Below, piece by piece: positions 25,379-39,566 of a stretch of 55,594 nucleotides of DNA. The stretch is from NCBI RefSeq assembly GCF_001194135.2, contig NC_068988.1:24929523-24985116 (forward strand), given 5' to 3'. The notes under the pieces were generated by a model. The model saw only the letters and a list, made by a program, of their open reading frames with translations, was not told the DNA's origin and did no database searches. This DNA is from Octopus bimaculoides. Taxonomy: Eukaryota. Numbering within the stretch: position 1 is the stretch's first letter; each line of letters begins with the position of its first letter. The position numbers were made by a program, and so were the translations under genes.

Positions 25379-26050
25379 TTCTTCTTCTTCTTCTTCTTCT
25401 TCTTCTTCTTCTTCTTCTTCTTCTTCTTCTTCTTCTTCTTCTTCTTCTTCTTCTTCTTCTTNNNNNNNNNNNNNNNNNNNNNNNNNNNNNNNNNNNNNNN
25501 NNNNNNNNNNNNNNNNNNNNNNNNNNNNNNNNNNNNNNNNNNNNNNNNNNNNNNNNNNNNNNNNNNNNNNNNNNNNNNNNNNNNNNNNNNNNNNNNNNNN
25601 NNNNNNNNNNNNNNNNNNNNNNNNNNNNNNNNNNNNNNNNNNNNNNNNNNNNNNNNNNNNNNNNNNNNNNNNNNNNNNNNNNNNNNNNNNNNNNNNNNNN
25701 NNNNNNNNNNNNNNNNNNNNNNNNNNNNNNNNNNNNNNNNNNNNNNNNNNNNNNNNNNNNNNNNNNNNNNNNNNNNNNNNNNNNNNNNNNNNNNNNNNNN
25801 NNNNNNNNNNNNNNNNNNNNNNNNNNNNNNNNNNNNNNNNNNNNNNNNNNNNNNNNNNNNNNNNNNNNNNNNNNNNNNNNNNNNNNNNNNNNNNNNNNNN
25901 NNNTCTTCTTCTTCTTCTTCTTCTTCTTCTTCTTCTTCTTCTTCTTCTTCTTCTTCTTCTTCTACTTCTTCTTCTTATTCTTCTTTTTCTTCTTCTTTTT
26001 CTTCTTCTTCTTCTTCTTCTTCTTCTTCTTCTTGTCGTCGTCGTCGTCGT
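25376..26050. repeat. (CTT)n microsatellite spanning an N-gap
   Basis: Visible on both sides of the gap at about 25462-25903. Confidence 0.95.
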
Positions 26051-27064
26051 CACCCCCTCGTTCACGTGATCGTCAATTCAAACTTTGATTGTAACGCTTT
26101 TAACAACTGACGGGAGAAGATTTGTTAAGAAATTAAAAAAAAGAAGACATTTATCTTATTAGTAATAAATATTTCTATTATATCAGACAACTTATAAGTA
26201 ACGAAATATTAGATATTCAATGACATTCACAAGTTCATTAAGAATATTTTAAAAACATCCGCCGGCTAACTTTTAATGAATTTCCCTACGGATGAAAAAT
26301 GCAGGTTTATAGTTGGCAGAATATAACAATTGAAGGTGTTAGTTCACTGGCAAATTTTTTATTGATCAGAATATTACCTTAGGGAGAAAACAGGAAACGC
26401 TGGCGTCAGTATGATATGAAAGTGCGGTAGAATATAACGTATATAAAGCCATGAACTACGTTGTCATATTAAAGGGTTTTAGGCTATAAACTTTTCATCG
26501 CCTTTATTAAGCTATTTATATGAAATACAAAGAAATCATTGACAGTGATGGAGTCTAAATTCAAAGTTTTTTAAAATTAATATTCTGTCGAAAAAGCAGT
26601 ATGGTTTCCATAAAGTTTTCTGACATCTGTCTTCCTCTAAGTCGTTGAGGTCAGAGTTGTTTATGTTCGTTTTAATGCCTCTGGGAAGAATGCTTTGTAT
26701 ACGAAGTTGTGATGTGCCAATATTGAACAAGTATTTATTGCGAAGTTTGTGGGTTTACCGAATATAATGAGCACGAATTTAGGAGTCGCAAGTGAAGGAT
26801 TCAGCAGTTTGCGAGTTCATAAGGGCAAAACCCATTAGAGTAAAAACTGTTAAGTGAAGAAACCTGTTTCGTTGGTCTGGTGAGTACTCGAGTGTGAATG
26901 TTTGCATGAAAGCACGCCGTTACAGTTTGGATATATGGTATAAAAACCTTTTTGTATGTTCTTTTGGGAATGCAACTTCGGTAATGTTGGAGGCGTATGA
27001 ATATTGCATTAATTCCTTTCGGTTTCATGCAACGCATTATGCATATACATACACATACATACAC

Positions 27065-27107
<43 letters not shown>

Positions 27108-27608
27108 NNNNNNNNNNNNNNNNNNNNNNNNNNNNNNNNNNNNNNNNNNNNNNNNNNNNNNNNNNNNNNNNNNNNNNNNNNNNNNNNNNNNNNNNNNNNN
27201 NNNNNNNNNNNNNNNNNNNNNNNNNNNNNNNNNNNNNNNNNNNNNNNNNNNNNNNNNNNNNNNNNNNNNNNNNNNNNNNNNNNNNNNNNNNNNNNNNNNN
27301 NNNNNNNNNNNNNNNNNNNNNNNNNNNNNNNNNNNNNNNNNNNNNNNNNNNNNNNNNNNNNNNNNNNNNNNNNNNNNNNNNNNNNNNNNNNNNNNNNNNN
27401 NNNNNNNNNNNNNNNNNNNNNNNNNNNNNNNNNNNNNNNNNNNNNNNNNNNNNNNNNNNNNNNNNNNNNNNNNNNNNNNNNNNNNNNNNNNNNNNNNNNN
27501 NNNNNNNNNNNNNNNNNNNNNNNNNNNNNNNNNNNNNNNNNNNNNNNNNNNNNNNNNNNNNNNNNNNNNNNNNNNNNNNNNNNNNNNNNNNNNNNNNATA
27601 TATATATG

Positions 27609-27690
<82 letters not shown>

Positions 27691-27779
27691 TGTGTGTGTT
27701 GGCTTCCTTGAATAGGTTCTCAGTCTTTTCTAGACATTTCATTCTCGTGAGCTTCACAATCATCAATGTCTTCACTCAC

Positions 27780-28450
27780 TTCTTCTGATTCTATCATCCT
27801 GAGAGGTAACTCTTTGTTAGTACAGATCTGAGAGATCCAGTGATTATGCAGACCACCGGATTGTTGGTGTTTGGGAAGACTTTGCTGAATGTTAAAGCTA
27901 TATATTTAATGGATGGCGTTCTTATTTAAAGCTCGGAGTCTTCCGGTTTCTTTCTTATTACTTCGACAATGATTTATGGTTTGTGAAGAGAGTTTCTCAT
28001 AAGACTTTCTCTCATGTACACTTACCACTTTAATAACTTTTAGGTCAGATTATCTCAAAATCTGTTTCCTAAACACAAATTGGAATTAGAAAATAATAAC
28101 GATACACCTGCTAATATTGAATCGTTCTCTGATACTCTGCTTGGTTCAGATCATGTTTCCTAGACTTCCAGCAATGATGTTGCCTTTGTTGTTTCTATTC
28201 TGTAAGACATATCAGGTATTATGATCTCTAACTTCTATTTTACAGCTTCCTTGCAGACCAAAAACAGTTTCCATTGGTTTTGAATCATATATTTCTGTAG
28301 TCCTATGGTGGATATTTTCCAGTAAGAGAAACACCACCTTCAATTCATTGTATATATTAACTTGCTATGTCCTGCTTGGGCCCATTCGTGTTTCTTATGC
28401 TTCCAAAAATGATGTAGATATCATACGTGTATTCTGAGTCCTTTGGTGTG
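27780..28450 (-). mobile_element. Possible highly decayed RTE-LINE endonuclease region
   Basis: Only weak motif echoes on the minus strand (NIIAGSLG vs IIxGDFNA; VVCIITGSLR vs HRIVTAKIRLSLR). Confidence 0.3.
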
Positions 28451-28679
28451 CATTATATTGTGAATTACGCTATTTTAACGTGTATAAGGAACCTCCTCAT
28501 ATGTTTGGCTTCAGATTTGGAAAAAAAGGGTTTGGTAAGGGATTCTAATACTATCCATATATAAGAAACTCCTATATGCAGTCATAATTTCCCTTAGGGC
28601 TACATTCGTTAAAGATTTTACGAAACGAATGTCAAAATGCTTTATTATAAGTATTAGAAAAATATTTCTAGCATTATAA

Positions 28680-28951
28680 GTGCAGGCGTGACTGTGTAGT
28701 AAGAAGCTTGCTTCCCAATCACACGGTTTCTGGTTCAGTTCTACTGCGTGGCACCTTGGGCTAGTGTCTTCTATAGCCTTGGTCCGACTAAAGCCTTTTG
28801 AGCGGATTTGGTAGACAGAAACTGAAAGAAGTACCTCGTATATATATATATATATATATACATATATATACATAAGCCCTGGAGACGATTCGTTCCACTA
28901 AAGTCGGTGCATGGCCGAAGTCAAATGACTGAAACAAGTGAAAGAATAAAA
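28680..28951 (+). mobile_element. SINE family A copy joining 5' half, internal (TA)n and 3' tail
   Basis: Head at 28680-28840, (TA)n at 28839-28873, then CATGGCCGAAGTCAAATGACTGAAACAAGTGAAAGAATAAAA. Confidence 0.85.
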
Positions 28952-29644
28952 TAATTAGTACAATTATTTATCCATATTTATGACTAATAATATAATATAA
29001 TAAAATATGATGTAATACAATATCATATGATATATGGTTTGCTATTCATGTGTTTTTGAGTACTTGTTCTGTTTTGAATTCATTCTTTCTTTGAAGCAGC
29101 TGCCATTCAAGATACGCTTCTTCAGATGATAAACTGAATGTATCCTTATTAATATTATTACTGAAGATATGTGCTTACTAACATTGCTATTCATCCCACC
29201 GAATAATCCAATATGTATGGATTATTTGAACAAATGGAAATATAATACGATATAAATATATAAATTTAAAGGAGATTGCTGATATGAATTTAATTCTAGT
29301 GTTTTGGAAGCCATTGTGAGAATTTTGTTACAACTGCTAAAATCGTCAACGCCAGATTTAAGAATTAGGCAGCGGTAACGTTCGGGTAGATTTCGTGATT
29401 TATTTTACGTACGATGCAGTACAATAAAACATCAAAGCTACCGGTTGTTAACTATTGTATAACTTTTCAAAATAGCATCTAAATTTTTGTATACTACAAT
29501 AGGCTTAATATGCATTGGCACCCATTGTAAAACACGTGAGCAGCATGAACATCGTGAAAATTTATCATCACTTCTATATATATATATATATATATATATG
29601 GGGTAGGTGGGGGTGTATACACTCATACATATATGTATATATAT

Positions 29645-29730
29645 TTATTCTTTTATTCTTGCTTCAGTCAATTGACTGCGGCCATGCTTGAGCACCGCTT
29701 TTAGTCGAGCAAATCGACATCAGGTCTTTA
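29645..29730 (-). mobile_element. SINE family A, 3' end
   Basis: TTCAGTCAATTGACTGCGGCCATGCTTGAGCACCGCTTTTAGTCGAGCAAATCGAC. Confidence 0.85.
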
Positions 29731-30727
29731 AAAAATAAAAAGAAATAAAAATAGAAATAAGTAATAAGTGGAAATTTTACCGGTGAGTATGTTAAATTAT
29801 AAGGCACAACAAGAAAATAACTCTCCCCAGACACAGCAGAACATGCTTCAACACACTAACTAACGTAAAGAATCTTGAAAACAAAATCCATAGACAAAAA
29901 ATATATATATATAACTAAAGATAAGATATATATACAGAGAGAGAGAGAAGGAGAGAGAAAGAGGGAGAGAGAGAGAAAGGGAGAGAGTGGGAGAAAGAGA
30001 GGGAAGAGAGAGACTGAGACAGATAGACGGTGCTTTTTGTTTTGTTATTTGAAGACACGTATCGCCGGAACACATTATTACTTTAGGGCAATAAAAAGGA
30101 AAACAAAAAAAAAAAAACATTGAGGAAATTATTTTCTCGTTACGGGATGTCATATTGCTGCAAATTTTTATGAGGAGTGCATTACTTCTGTAATACGGGG
30201 TAGTTCTGTGTTTTGTATCTACGAGCAACAGACATTTACATCAGTCCGTGACATCATTTGGTCTACATCACGTTGAACTCAACATGTCAATTGAAAAACA
30301 TTTTATTGTCATTTCCTGAATACTTTTTCTAACAGACAAGCTGAATAATCTTCTGTCACTTTCCTGACCGTTTGTTTAGTTTTGTCTTGTCATTTATATA
30401 TCACATCCGACTTCTACTCAGCGACTGTTACTAATGTATTTTATTCTATAGAATACGATGTTTATTATTGATAAGTAATCAAACTTAATCTTAAGGATTA
30501 ACAGATAAGTTATTAGTAAAACTCGTAATAAGAAGCTCAATAATCCAACTATTTAATTGTAAACACATTTTCCTAATAAGGCTAGTAGATAGGTTCAGGT
30601 GAGATATGATCCATGTATAGTCATATTTCTTCAAAGTTTGACAAAACTCCTGCGTTGGATGTAACTTAATGTACAAGGTCCTGATATTCGTTGTATTTTA
30701 AACAACACACACACACACACACACACA

Positions 30728-30763
<36 letters not shown>

Positions 30764-31151
30764 TACATATATNNNNNNNNNNGTGGCCAGCATGGGAATA
30801 AAAACCATCAAAGGTAATAATTATTTAAAATTATAATATAGGGTATCTAAGAGATACCGCCACGCTGAAAAATAGCAGTCAAATCTTGACTCTAAACCAC
30901 AATAAATGTTCATATAGCACAAAGAGCGAAGACGAAGACAAAATAAACCAGTAACAATAACTGGATAATTCCAGATCCCGGATTTCTGGCTTTGCATAAT
31001 AAATGCTTTGCCTTCATCGGTGGAATATACTCAAGCACATAAAAACAAATATATATACATAAACATACAGTATGCTTACATATACGGACGTATACATACA
31101 TATATATGTACGTATGCACACGACTAGCTTAAATTGCCCGCCTAAAAACTG

Positions 31152-31203
<52 letters not shown>

Positions 31204-31558
31204 AGCAATATCCAACAAATATACGCAAGGTATGTGGTTAGCTGGTTCGTCAGCAGGTTGCGATTTATAGGCATGAGAGAAAATTTTCTCGTCTATACGC
31301 CTGGTTTAAAAACACCTACAAGTCAAAGACAAGCGACACGACTCACGCCAGGTCCCGTTGCAGGACTGGTAGACATGAATGTTTCATTGTCTCTGTGACT
31401 TAGCAATGCAACGTACCCAAAACGAAGTCATACGTAAGCCAAATTTCTCACTATGACTATATTTCATTTCCTATCCATGCGTTTTTGCAAATTAACGTTG
31501 TTCATAATATAATATATTCAGGTGGGGGGGAAGATAACTTATTGCTTCATAGTCATCT

Positions 31559-31597
<39 letters not shown>

Positions 31598-31662
31598 ACC
31601 ATCTATCTATCTATCTATCTATCTTTCTCTCCCTCTCCCTTTCTCTTTCTCTCTCTCTCTGT

Positions 31663-31696
<34 letters not shown>

Positions 31697-34600
31697 CCAC
31701 TTACCTCTATCCCTATCTGCTGAAATATCTATCAATCTCCGTCACCTCATCCGTCTATACAGTTAAACATTAAAATCTAAAGCAACAAGAAGATAAATAT
31801 TTTTTCTCATGTTACTTTTATTTCTGGCCGTTTTGTTGATTGTTTTCTGTCAGTGTTGTAAACCATATATAAGTGAAAGGATTCACTATCCACAACAACT
31901 GTACACTATATATTTCGTTATTGCTAATCCCCGATGGACCCTGAGTAAGAACCGCACCAAAATGAAACAATTTAATGCATGCACAAATATTTTAGATTTG
32001 TGAACATACTCAACTGGTTGATTAGCAATGACCTCCTTTCTAGCTCACTGTAGCAGCTGAATCACATGCAATAACATCTCTATTGCCATTCTATCGTTAA
32101 TACAACAGATTATGGTGGTCCTAACTATTTAACTGCATACAGTTAAGACCAAGTCAGAGCTGATACATATATCTTCCTTCCTGTTAACATCATAGGATAT
32201 CATATCTGCCAATTCCAATATTAAATCTTTACAAATTATCCTTTCCAAAATCCCCAACCAAATATAATCCATCTCCATCAACGTGTTCCAGGAGACATCA
32301 ATGGGCAGACGTTGGATGTAACTATAAGCTGCAAGAATTAACAACAACAAAATCAGATTCAGCAATGATAAGGTCCAAAATAGCCATGGGCCTTATTCTC
32401 TTACACTGAATTATTAGCAGAATGCAAAAATGCGCTTATATTTACAGACCTGTTTCACTTTTTTATATCACAATTTGCTGGCACTATTCTTATGTAGTTA
32501 GAATAATCTCAGATACAAATCTTCCTTCTACAGGCATTGCATTTGAATGTCACCTGCGTTACTCTCACCATCCTTTCCCATTAAATAATAAAAGGAGCCT
32601 GGTTTGTGCATTATGTATGGCTGGCTAATCTAACCTAGCAACTTCCAATGATTTCTATAGATTCACAAATATTCGTGCGCAGAAACTGTTTTGTATAGAA
32701 TAAACAACTAGATTTGAAAAGTAGCTTGGCATTTTGGATGCATGTTCGTATATTTGGTAAAGGATATTCAATATGAAAAGAAATCACAGACTGTAAGACT
32801 CAATTGTATAGAATATGATGTTTTACTAGTGTCAAAGTGTGGTGGCTAAATATACATATTTGTAGTTTCTGTACTTGGAGACGTGAATGCTAATGACTAT
32901 ATGATTCAACAAGTTCTGGTTGCAGAAGATAATATACACTGGCGCACATTACACTCTCATCTCTATAGTATGTTTCACTATGTGCTATATAATATATTTT
33001 ATGCATTAAATATGACAAACGAAAGCTAATGTACTCGTAGTGAGAAAAGTACACTGAATTATCAGTTTCCAAAAGAATCCAAAGCTTTTGAATACGTGCC
33101 GCTGCTTACTGAATTAGCTAGTAGTGCTCTTGTTAACTCTCTTATTTTCTTATGATCTTACGATAATATTCACGCATGTCTTTAAACGCATTCATTAACA
33201 TTATACATCACAAGAACAATGCTTTCCACAGATATACACTCAGATATCGAAACATATATTTCTGTGTTTCTATTCAAAGTTGATCTCACATGATCTTTGC
33301 ATTTCTAGTTGCTTCTGTTTACAGTCGGACGTGTTATGCTGAATGAAGGCAGTGTTTATACACTTGTTTGAAAGTTCTGCTAACATAACACCAATCTTTT
33401 GGAGTTGCTGGAATCAATTTCTATTGATAGGAGAATAGACTGAATTTAAAACCATGCGTTGCTTATTGAATGATCTTGACAGCTCAGTGGATCGATAACA
33501 TACAATTCTAAATATAGATGTACTTTCGATTGCACGAATCAAATCCATTCATTAATGCTATTGCTAACGAAGCTGGAAACATACCATAACAACTTCATTC
33601 ACTAACAAATATAAGAAACCAATTTAGAAAGTAGCCAGTCTTTCGAATCTGTTACTTATCACTAAATGAAGGCTAAATACTAAATCAATATCAGTAAGAA
33701 TATATTTTTTAAAGCATTTTTTCTTCTTTTTCCCCTGTAAGTTAAGTCGGAATTTTGGTAAGAGTTCTGGCAAATTTCTTGGTAAGAAGCATTTCATTTC
33801 AGAACATGTATCCATATTAACCTGAAGGAGTGTGAAGCTGTTGCGCCAGCTATTTATATTTTATACGGATTGGTCTATTGAAATAGATATGATATGATCT
33901 TTCATTGCTACTAAATCGAGAAGACAGCACAATTCTAGAATGAAATACGTTATTTGACGAAATAAATAAATTCATGCTTCATCTTAGGATTAATGAGAAC
34001 TATAGAGTAGCAGAGAAAACAATGCACCAGAATAATTGCATTAAAATATTCGGTTTTCTATGTTCTCATTTTAATTCCCTCTGGCGTTGCTTAGTGTTTC
34101 ATCCTTCCGGCCTTTGTATGTAACAACAATTAATACACTGAGTAAATATACTCAATCTAATCGACTTATATCCACGTCCAACTAATTTGTGACTTTAGGC
34201 AAAAGCAAGTAATACATGGAATATAGGTTAACAAATTCGAATTTACAAATCAGCGACTGTCAGACATCCATCTAGTTTCCGTGACTATCTACAATATATA
34301 TANNNNNNNNNNNNNNNNNNNNNNNNNNNNNNNNNNNNTATATATATATATATATATATTACTTGTCGCATTGACTCTTTTCAAGCAAAGAAATATGAAA
34401 GTACACTTAAGTATAATCAACAAAGACATACCCGGCATTGTGATGCTTAGACTATAGTTTCCCAAGTTGCTAGTGACTGTTAAGTCAACTATTAATAAGT
34501 ATATTCCATACGACGTTTCGCAAAATAGCTTCCGTTACATATGATGCAAAGAAAGCGACAACTAAGAATGTCGGATGCTGCAGTTTACTCCCATAGCCGT

Positions 34601-34789
34601 GTAATACAGAGAGGTGTCCGAATTCGATCAAGGAAGCACAGCATAAGATTTATGTTCAGTTCCAAAATGATCGTCTTCACCTTACTTACTCCGGGTTCTT
34701 GTGAGTAAAAGTCATTCACTTTCGATAGAACAAAAGATGTGGTCCTTCGGGATTTTACAGCTGGGACACACTACACAATGAGTGGCCCT

Positions 34790-35100
34790 CTGTGCCTGAT
34801 ACACTACAAAGAACAGGCTCAACGACGTCTTTTACATAATGCTCTAAGCTGTTTTTCTCTGCTTCGATACAGTCCTGGCAATTGATAAAACCTCTCCTAC
34901 CCTTTCTTCTGGACAAGTATAGGCTATCAGTGTCACTCTTAGAGTGGAAGGCTCCGTGTACAGGCAATTTTTTTCTGGTCTTGGTACCCATTTTCTTCAT
35001 ATCTCTCTTTTGCCATTTTATAATTCTTGCTCCATACCAAAGCGATGCTATCGTCCACGCATTAACTGCTTTGGTTTTTATTCCATCCTGTCAATTCTGA
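34790..35100 (-). mobile_element. R4/Dong-like non-LTR fragment (post-RT region)
   Basis: Translates as KTKAVNAWTIASLWYGARIIKW...TKTRKKLPVHGAFHSKSDTDSLYLSRRKGRRGFINCQDCIEAEKNSL, matching RKTRKLLTMHGALHPKSDVDRLY.PR.EGGRGL. Confidence 0.85.
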
Positions 35101-35127
35101 GCCTAACACCAACCTCAGTTTTCGAAA

Positions 35128-35425
35128 AGTTTATTCAGCGAGAAAACTTAAAGATCCATGTGGCTGCGGCAGGGAATGAGTTTGCGAACCCTGCCGTACT
35201 CTTTCACCACAACGCTCTCTCATTCTTTTTTTCTGTTTCTGTTGTACCTGTATTTCAAAGGGCCAACCTTGTCGCACTCTGTGTCACGCTGAATCTCCCC
35301 GAGAACTACGTTAAGGTTACACGTGTCTGTGGAGTGCTTAGCCACATGTACTTTAATTTCACGAGCAGGCTGTTCTGTTGATTGGATCAACTGGAACCCT
35401 CGTCGTCGTAACCGACGGATTGCCG
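35128..35425 (+). mobile_element. SINE family B, 5'-truncated
   Basis: Aligns by eye to about 42215-42505. Confidence 0.9.
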
Positions 35426-38129
35426 TAATATGAGGGCTGTCAGCTCAAATCAGATTTCATTGTTTATCCTGTCTTTCACTTGACATACAATTTCGTTTTC
35501 GTGACTTACACCTTTCGCATGTTAGGTGTTAGATACTATTTCTTCCCTTCCTTAATATGAATGAATATATGGACGCATTTACACATCTCTTTACGCACGC
35601 ACAACCTTTACACACACACTCTACCTCTCTCTCACAAGCACACACACACATACGTACATAGGCAACGTGTATATTGTAATCATAAACCAGAACCGCGTCG
35701 AAAATCACCTTCTACTCGTATATAAACGATTCCATCAAACATCTATTGAAATACTTGAAATATGTTCATAAGATTTCTCATCTATGACAGCCTTCAGAGT
35801 AGTGTTTACATTCATACCCTCCAAGCCACCTTTTTCTCTCTGGTTATCTCGAGTGCACTCTGTAATATGATTCCCGAAAATATTGCCTATAAGCATTAGA
35901 TGTTTTCCAGTATATGTAATAACACTTGAAAGATTCATTCAAAATCACGCTTTGCTATTTTCACGTGAGATTCTTCAAATATATATATATATTTCGAATA
36001 CAATATTATTTAGCTCTAGACAAACATAATTCTGCAGGAAGAGATATATATACAGAAAAATAGGAAGCTAAATAGAGGGAGAAATAGAGGGAGAGTGAAA
36101 GAAAGAGAGAAAAGAAAGAAGAAACAAGTTACACCGATATTCTTGTAATGTCCGTTCTCCAAATATTTTATCGTGTTATTCATCCTTAAGTAATTTGTCG
36201 AAGAAAAAGTATTACGAAAGTAACGGATGTAATATGATAACATATAAATACGCCATAACGTTTAACGGCCGAAAAGTATATGGAATTTAGAAGGCGGTGA
36301 ATTTCTGAGTATCTTCATACCCATATTTTATTGACAAGTGAAACGACCATCCGATCGGTGTATTGGAACAGAATTTGCGATTAATAAATACCAAGTAAAT
36401 ATCATCTCTACCCATCTTTTTTTATTATAATAGTGTTTTAGCTGTTAAAAGATTACTTACACCTTCAAACCTTTTGCTTTCCACTATTAAGAACACACCT
36501 TTCATCATTGTTTGGTTTACATAACTAGATTCTTTAGACGTCATATGTTATATAACGAATAGCTTCCGAGACTTGATTGAAAATTGTTTCTGAATTAAAC
36601 ACCATTGTGGAGAATTATTCAGCAATAACAAAATTAAATTGTTTTTTTTTTTATCTATAATCCAAACAAGCAAAGTAGTATAAGACAATCCATCAAAGCC
36701 AAGTAAAAGCTAAGTGCCCATGCAGAAAACTACGATAATTGTTCACTCAGTCTCACTTGGAATTCTGAATCGATCATATAAAAAGCAGAACTCACTAGCA
36801 TTAACCTAAATCGTAACACAGACCGTAAACATTACATTGGTAAGGTAGAATGTAAATTTAACGCTTAACTGATTTTGAGAGCAAGTGAAAAATCAGTAAG
36901 TAATACAGGTCATACTGGACTGTGTCTTGTTGCCTACAATAAAAGAGAAAAATTGTATTCATTGCTGAACACATATAAGATTCGCAGATTATTTCAATGA
37001 TATTAAATCAGTGGCACGTTGATTCGTTGGCGCCAGAATTAAGATCTTTATTCTGCATCAGTGTAACAAAGAGTTGCGTTGATGCCGAAAGCAACAGTAT
37101 AACATTCATTGAAAAAGTTTTGCATTAATTAAGAAAAATTGTTTGCCAGAAGTGAAGACGATTCAAAATCTGGATCTAAAAAAAATTGACGCTTCAAAAC
37201 TAAAGTTACTATACAGAAGAACATATTCCTGCTTTTCAAACGGTAATTCCTCAGCAGAACGGCTCTCAAAAGTTGTTGTTTTTATCAATGTCTCTTATCT
37301 CGGCAAAATATACATTGCAGCTCTCGCCGAATAGAACATGTCTGCAGGACACAGACATAATGTACTGCGTGTTTAAAGCCTCGTTTGATAGTGTATTGCT
37401 TTGACGGTTCTCAATTAGCTAATTATCGATTAAAATCCAACTCTTCTTATCTGTTATATCGAACGCAGCACATTGGGTACAACTGGCGAAGAACATCATC
37501 ATACGGAATAACAACATCATTTCCATGAGTTACCTAAATACAAGTTCATTATTCTTCACGAAATATCAACACATTAATAAACAGTTGCTAAAATGCTTGA
37601 AATTCACCCTACCTTCGGATAATCTTGGCCAATTTGACACATACTCTTTAAAATGAAAACAGCGAATTGGCAGTCAACAATATATCGGACGGATATAATG
37701 ATTGTTGATATTCACACTCATTTTCTGGCTATGAAATCAAAGCTCAACCTGACGTCAACTTAGCCTTTCATTATTTCGAAATCGATACATAAAATGCCTA
37801 TTCCGGATAGCGGTTTGGCAGAGTTGTTTATTCTTTAAAGGGGTCTTGTAATATCTGTTCCAGCTCTGAATTTCACACCTGCACTCTGATCAGCAGAAAG
37901 CAGTTTTGGCCAAGGGTTGCAACCAACAGATAACTTCAGTAATGAAAACAGAGACTGCAAATATAGCTTCCGTAAGATCAGCTGTCATACAACTCCATAA
38001 GATCTTAATCGATATTTTCAAAATTGTAATCTTTAATCTAAAGCTTTAATTTCCAGGATGAACAACATCATTCTCTTGTAAACTTTTATTGAAATTATTG
38101 TATATATACATTGTATATATCTTTTAAAC

Positions 38130-38336
38130 TTCGAGTTTTGGCACAAGACCAGAAATTTCTGGGAAGTGGGTAAGTTGTTTACATCGTCCCCGGTACTCAA
38201 TTGAAATTTATTTTACCGATAGCGAAAGAATGAAAGGTAAAGTCGACCTCAGCGGAATTTGAACATAGAACATAAAGACGGATGAAATACTGCTAACCAT
38301 TTGCCCGGCGTGTTAATGATTCTGCCAGATCGCCGC
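38130..38336 (-). mobile_element. SINE family C, near full length
   Basis: Reverse complement aligns to 39352-39566. Confidence 0.88.
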
Positions 38337-39351
38337 GCCTTCATATTCTATATCACATATTACTTAGAACAACTTGACACACAAACACAACCATAGATTT
38401 ATGTCGATGCATATTACAGTTTGCATTAACATATGCTGCCGTATAATATAAAATCGTTTAGGAAACATTAAAAGCATTTCAATTATATTCTATAAATGTT
38501 TTTCAGAAATTTATTGTGCTTTGATGTTCCTGGTTGACATTATGCAATCAGTAATTAACATTTTTCAAGTTAGGTAACTCTGAAATAACTTTCATACATT
38601 GTAAATGTATTTATAAAAGCAACACACCAGTTACTTTGATATTCTTAATGTTTTCTTCATCTCTACTTTACTTGAAATTTTAACTAAATTCATCAAAACA
38701 GCTCTAGTAGAAGATTATATAACCTTTATCTTTTATTGTAAAATATACTATTACTTCATGTTTTATTACTATTCAATGCATCGTTGCATACAGATTTTTA
38801 TATTAAATATATAGACCACTCCCGCGTTAATATATCACTGTAAATTTGATTTTAGCACACATCTAAACCGTAAATGAAATAGAATTTCAATACGTTTAAA
38901 ACCATTTCTGTGCAATCCTTGTAACAAAACAAACATTTTTAATGCTTATGTGAACAGTGACACTAAATCTGTTGAACAATATTTATGAAAATATCCGTTT
39001 CTTTTATTGGTAAATATCCTACAAATACGTCAAATAAATTTTATTTCTAAGTTTTGTTTCTGTATTTTATACAAACATACATGCATGCATGCATACATGC
39101 ATGCATACATACATACATACATACATACATACATACATACACACAGACACTCACACAATGTCATTCATAATGTCATTAGTTCGCTGCAGTAAAGCATTTT
39201 CCTGATGCTTCGTTGTGGTTAAGAGCATCCAGTTGCACTTGCAACATTCAGTTCAAAGTCCCAACCAATAACAACGGTGAAATGTACGTAGTAAAAAGCC
39301 ATATAAGCTTGCGTTTATCGTAATTTCTCCTATATATCATAACTAGTGAAA

Positions 39352-39566
39352 GGTGGTGAGCTGCTAGAAACGTTAGCACGCCGGGAGAAATGCTTAGAAG
39401 TATTTCGTTTGTCTTTACATTCTGATTTCGAATTCCGCCGAGGTCGAATTTGCTTTTCATCCTTTCGGGTTCGATAAATTAAGTACCAGTAGCGTACTGC
39501 GATCAATCTAATCGACTGTCCCCTTCCCCCCAAAATTCGGGCCTTGTGCCTTGAGTAGAAAATTAT
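39352..39566 (+). mobile_element. SINE family C, near full length
   Basis: tRNA-like head (GGTGGTGAGCTGCTAGAAACGTTAG; TTCGAATTCC), central TTTCATCCTTTCGGGTTCGATAAATTAAGTACCAG, and end GGCCTTGTGCC. Confidence 0.88.

Noticed and set aside
32129-32365. 78-aa minus-strand ORF with a hydrophobic N-terminus
   Set aside because: Short, TTG-initiated, with no homology I can recognise and no exon boundaries.
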